Shown: piece by piece, positions 63,794 to 64,000 of the stretch | How the letters are laid out: every line of letters starts with the position of its first letter | Numbering within the stretch: position 1 is the first letter of the stretch | Source of the DNA: Marmoricola sp. | Lineage (GTDB): Bacteria > Actinomycetota > Actinomycetes > Propionibacteriales > Nocardioidaceae | DNA length: 64,000 bases | Reading direction: 5' to 3' | Assembly: GCA_050699415.1 (NCBI GenBank) | Contig: JBOHDO010000135.1 | Location: 112-64,111, forward strand | Made by a program: the position numbers and the translations under genes | The notes under the pieces: model-generated | The model's database searches: none | What the model saw: only the letters and a program-made list of their open reading frames with translations | What the model was told of the DNA's origin: nothing

Positions 63794-64000
63794 ACCCCCA
63801 TTCTGCTCCCGCCGGCGCGGGAGGACACACCACGGGCACGGCGGCCCCAGCCCGACGCGGATCACCGGCATCGGTCGCCGGGCCGAAGCGCTGGTAGACG
63901 CAGCGCCAGTCCGGCGCAGCGAAGTCAAGCTCGCGTCGGGCCTTGCAAAGCCGGCCTTGCAACAAGCGCGTCGACGGAACCACCGCCGCTAACCGATCCT

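Noticed and set aside
1-64000. CRISPR array, IS/transposase, integrase, prophage, rRNA, known riboswitch
   Set aside because: I saw no regularly spaced repeats of 25-40 bp and no DDE or tyrosine/serine recombinase motifs. This was an eye scan only; covariance-model searches were not run.

Overview
High-GC actinobacterial chromosomal DNA; gene content and style suggest Nocardioidaceae (inference). The backbone is the conserved actinobacterial block: RNase H/phosphatase, zinc-ribbon protein, Nif3, tRNA-Val, ahpE, DUF3052, aceE, FasR/MabR-type regulator, fabD-fabH-acpP-fabF-accD, DUF3145. Accessory modules interrupt and flank it. The best candidate for an undescribed system is at 16830-23453. 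There a soluble histidine kinase carries an N-terminal sugar-type ABC ATPase domain (NBD-GAF-GAF-HisKA-HATPase). Its NBD closely resembles the ATPase of the adjacent sugar ABC transporter. A KdpE/OmpR-type regulator follows, and four CGTGAAC direct repeats (spacing 11/20/11) lie over the transporter promoter. Other highlights: a FabD fused to a biotinyl-carrier-like domain lacking the biotin lysine; a putative N-acyl-D-amino-sugar-acid catabolic cluster whose GntP permease is truncated and fused to a photolyase relic; a two-component system facing a His-rich membrane protein-murT-gatD operon; a likely CTG start codon; SigK-, MabR- and KstR-like boxes; decayed DNA at the tRNA-Val 3' end; and a relic-rich accessory region from about 55.8 kb to the end. 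I found no CRISPR array, rRNA, integrase or transposase. All family assignments come from motif recognition by eye, without database searches.
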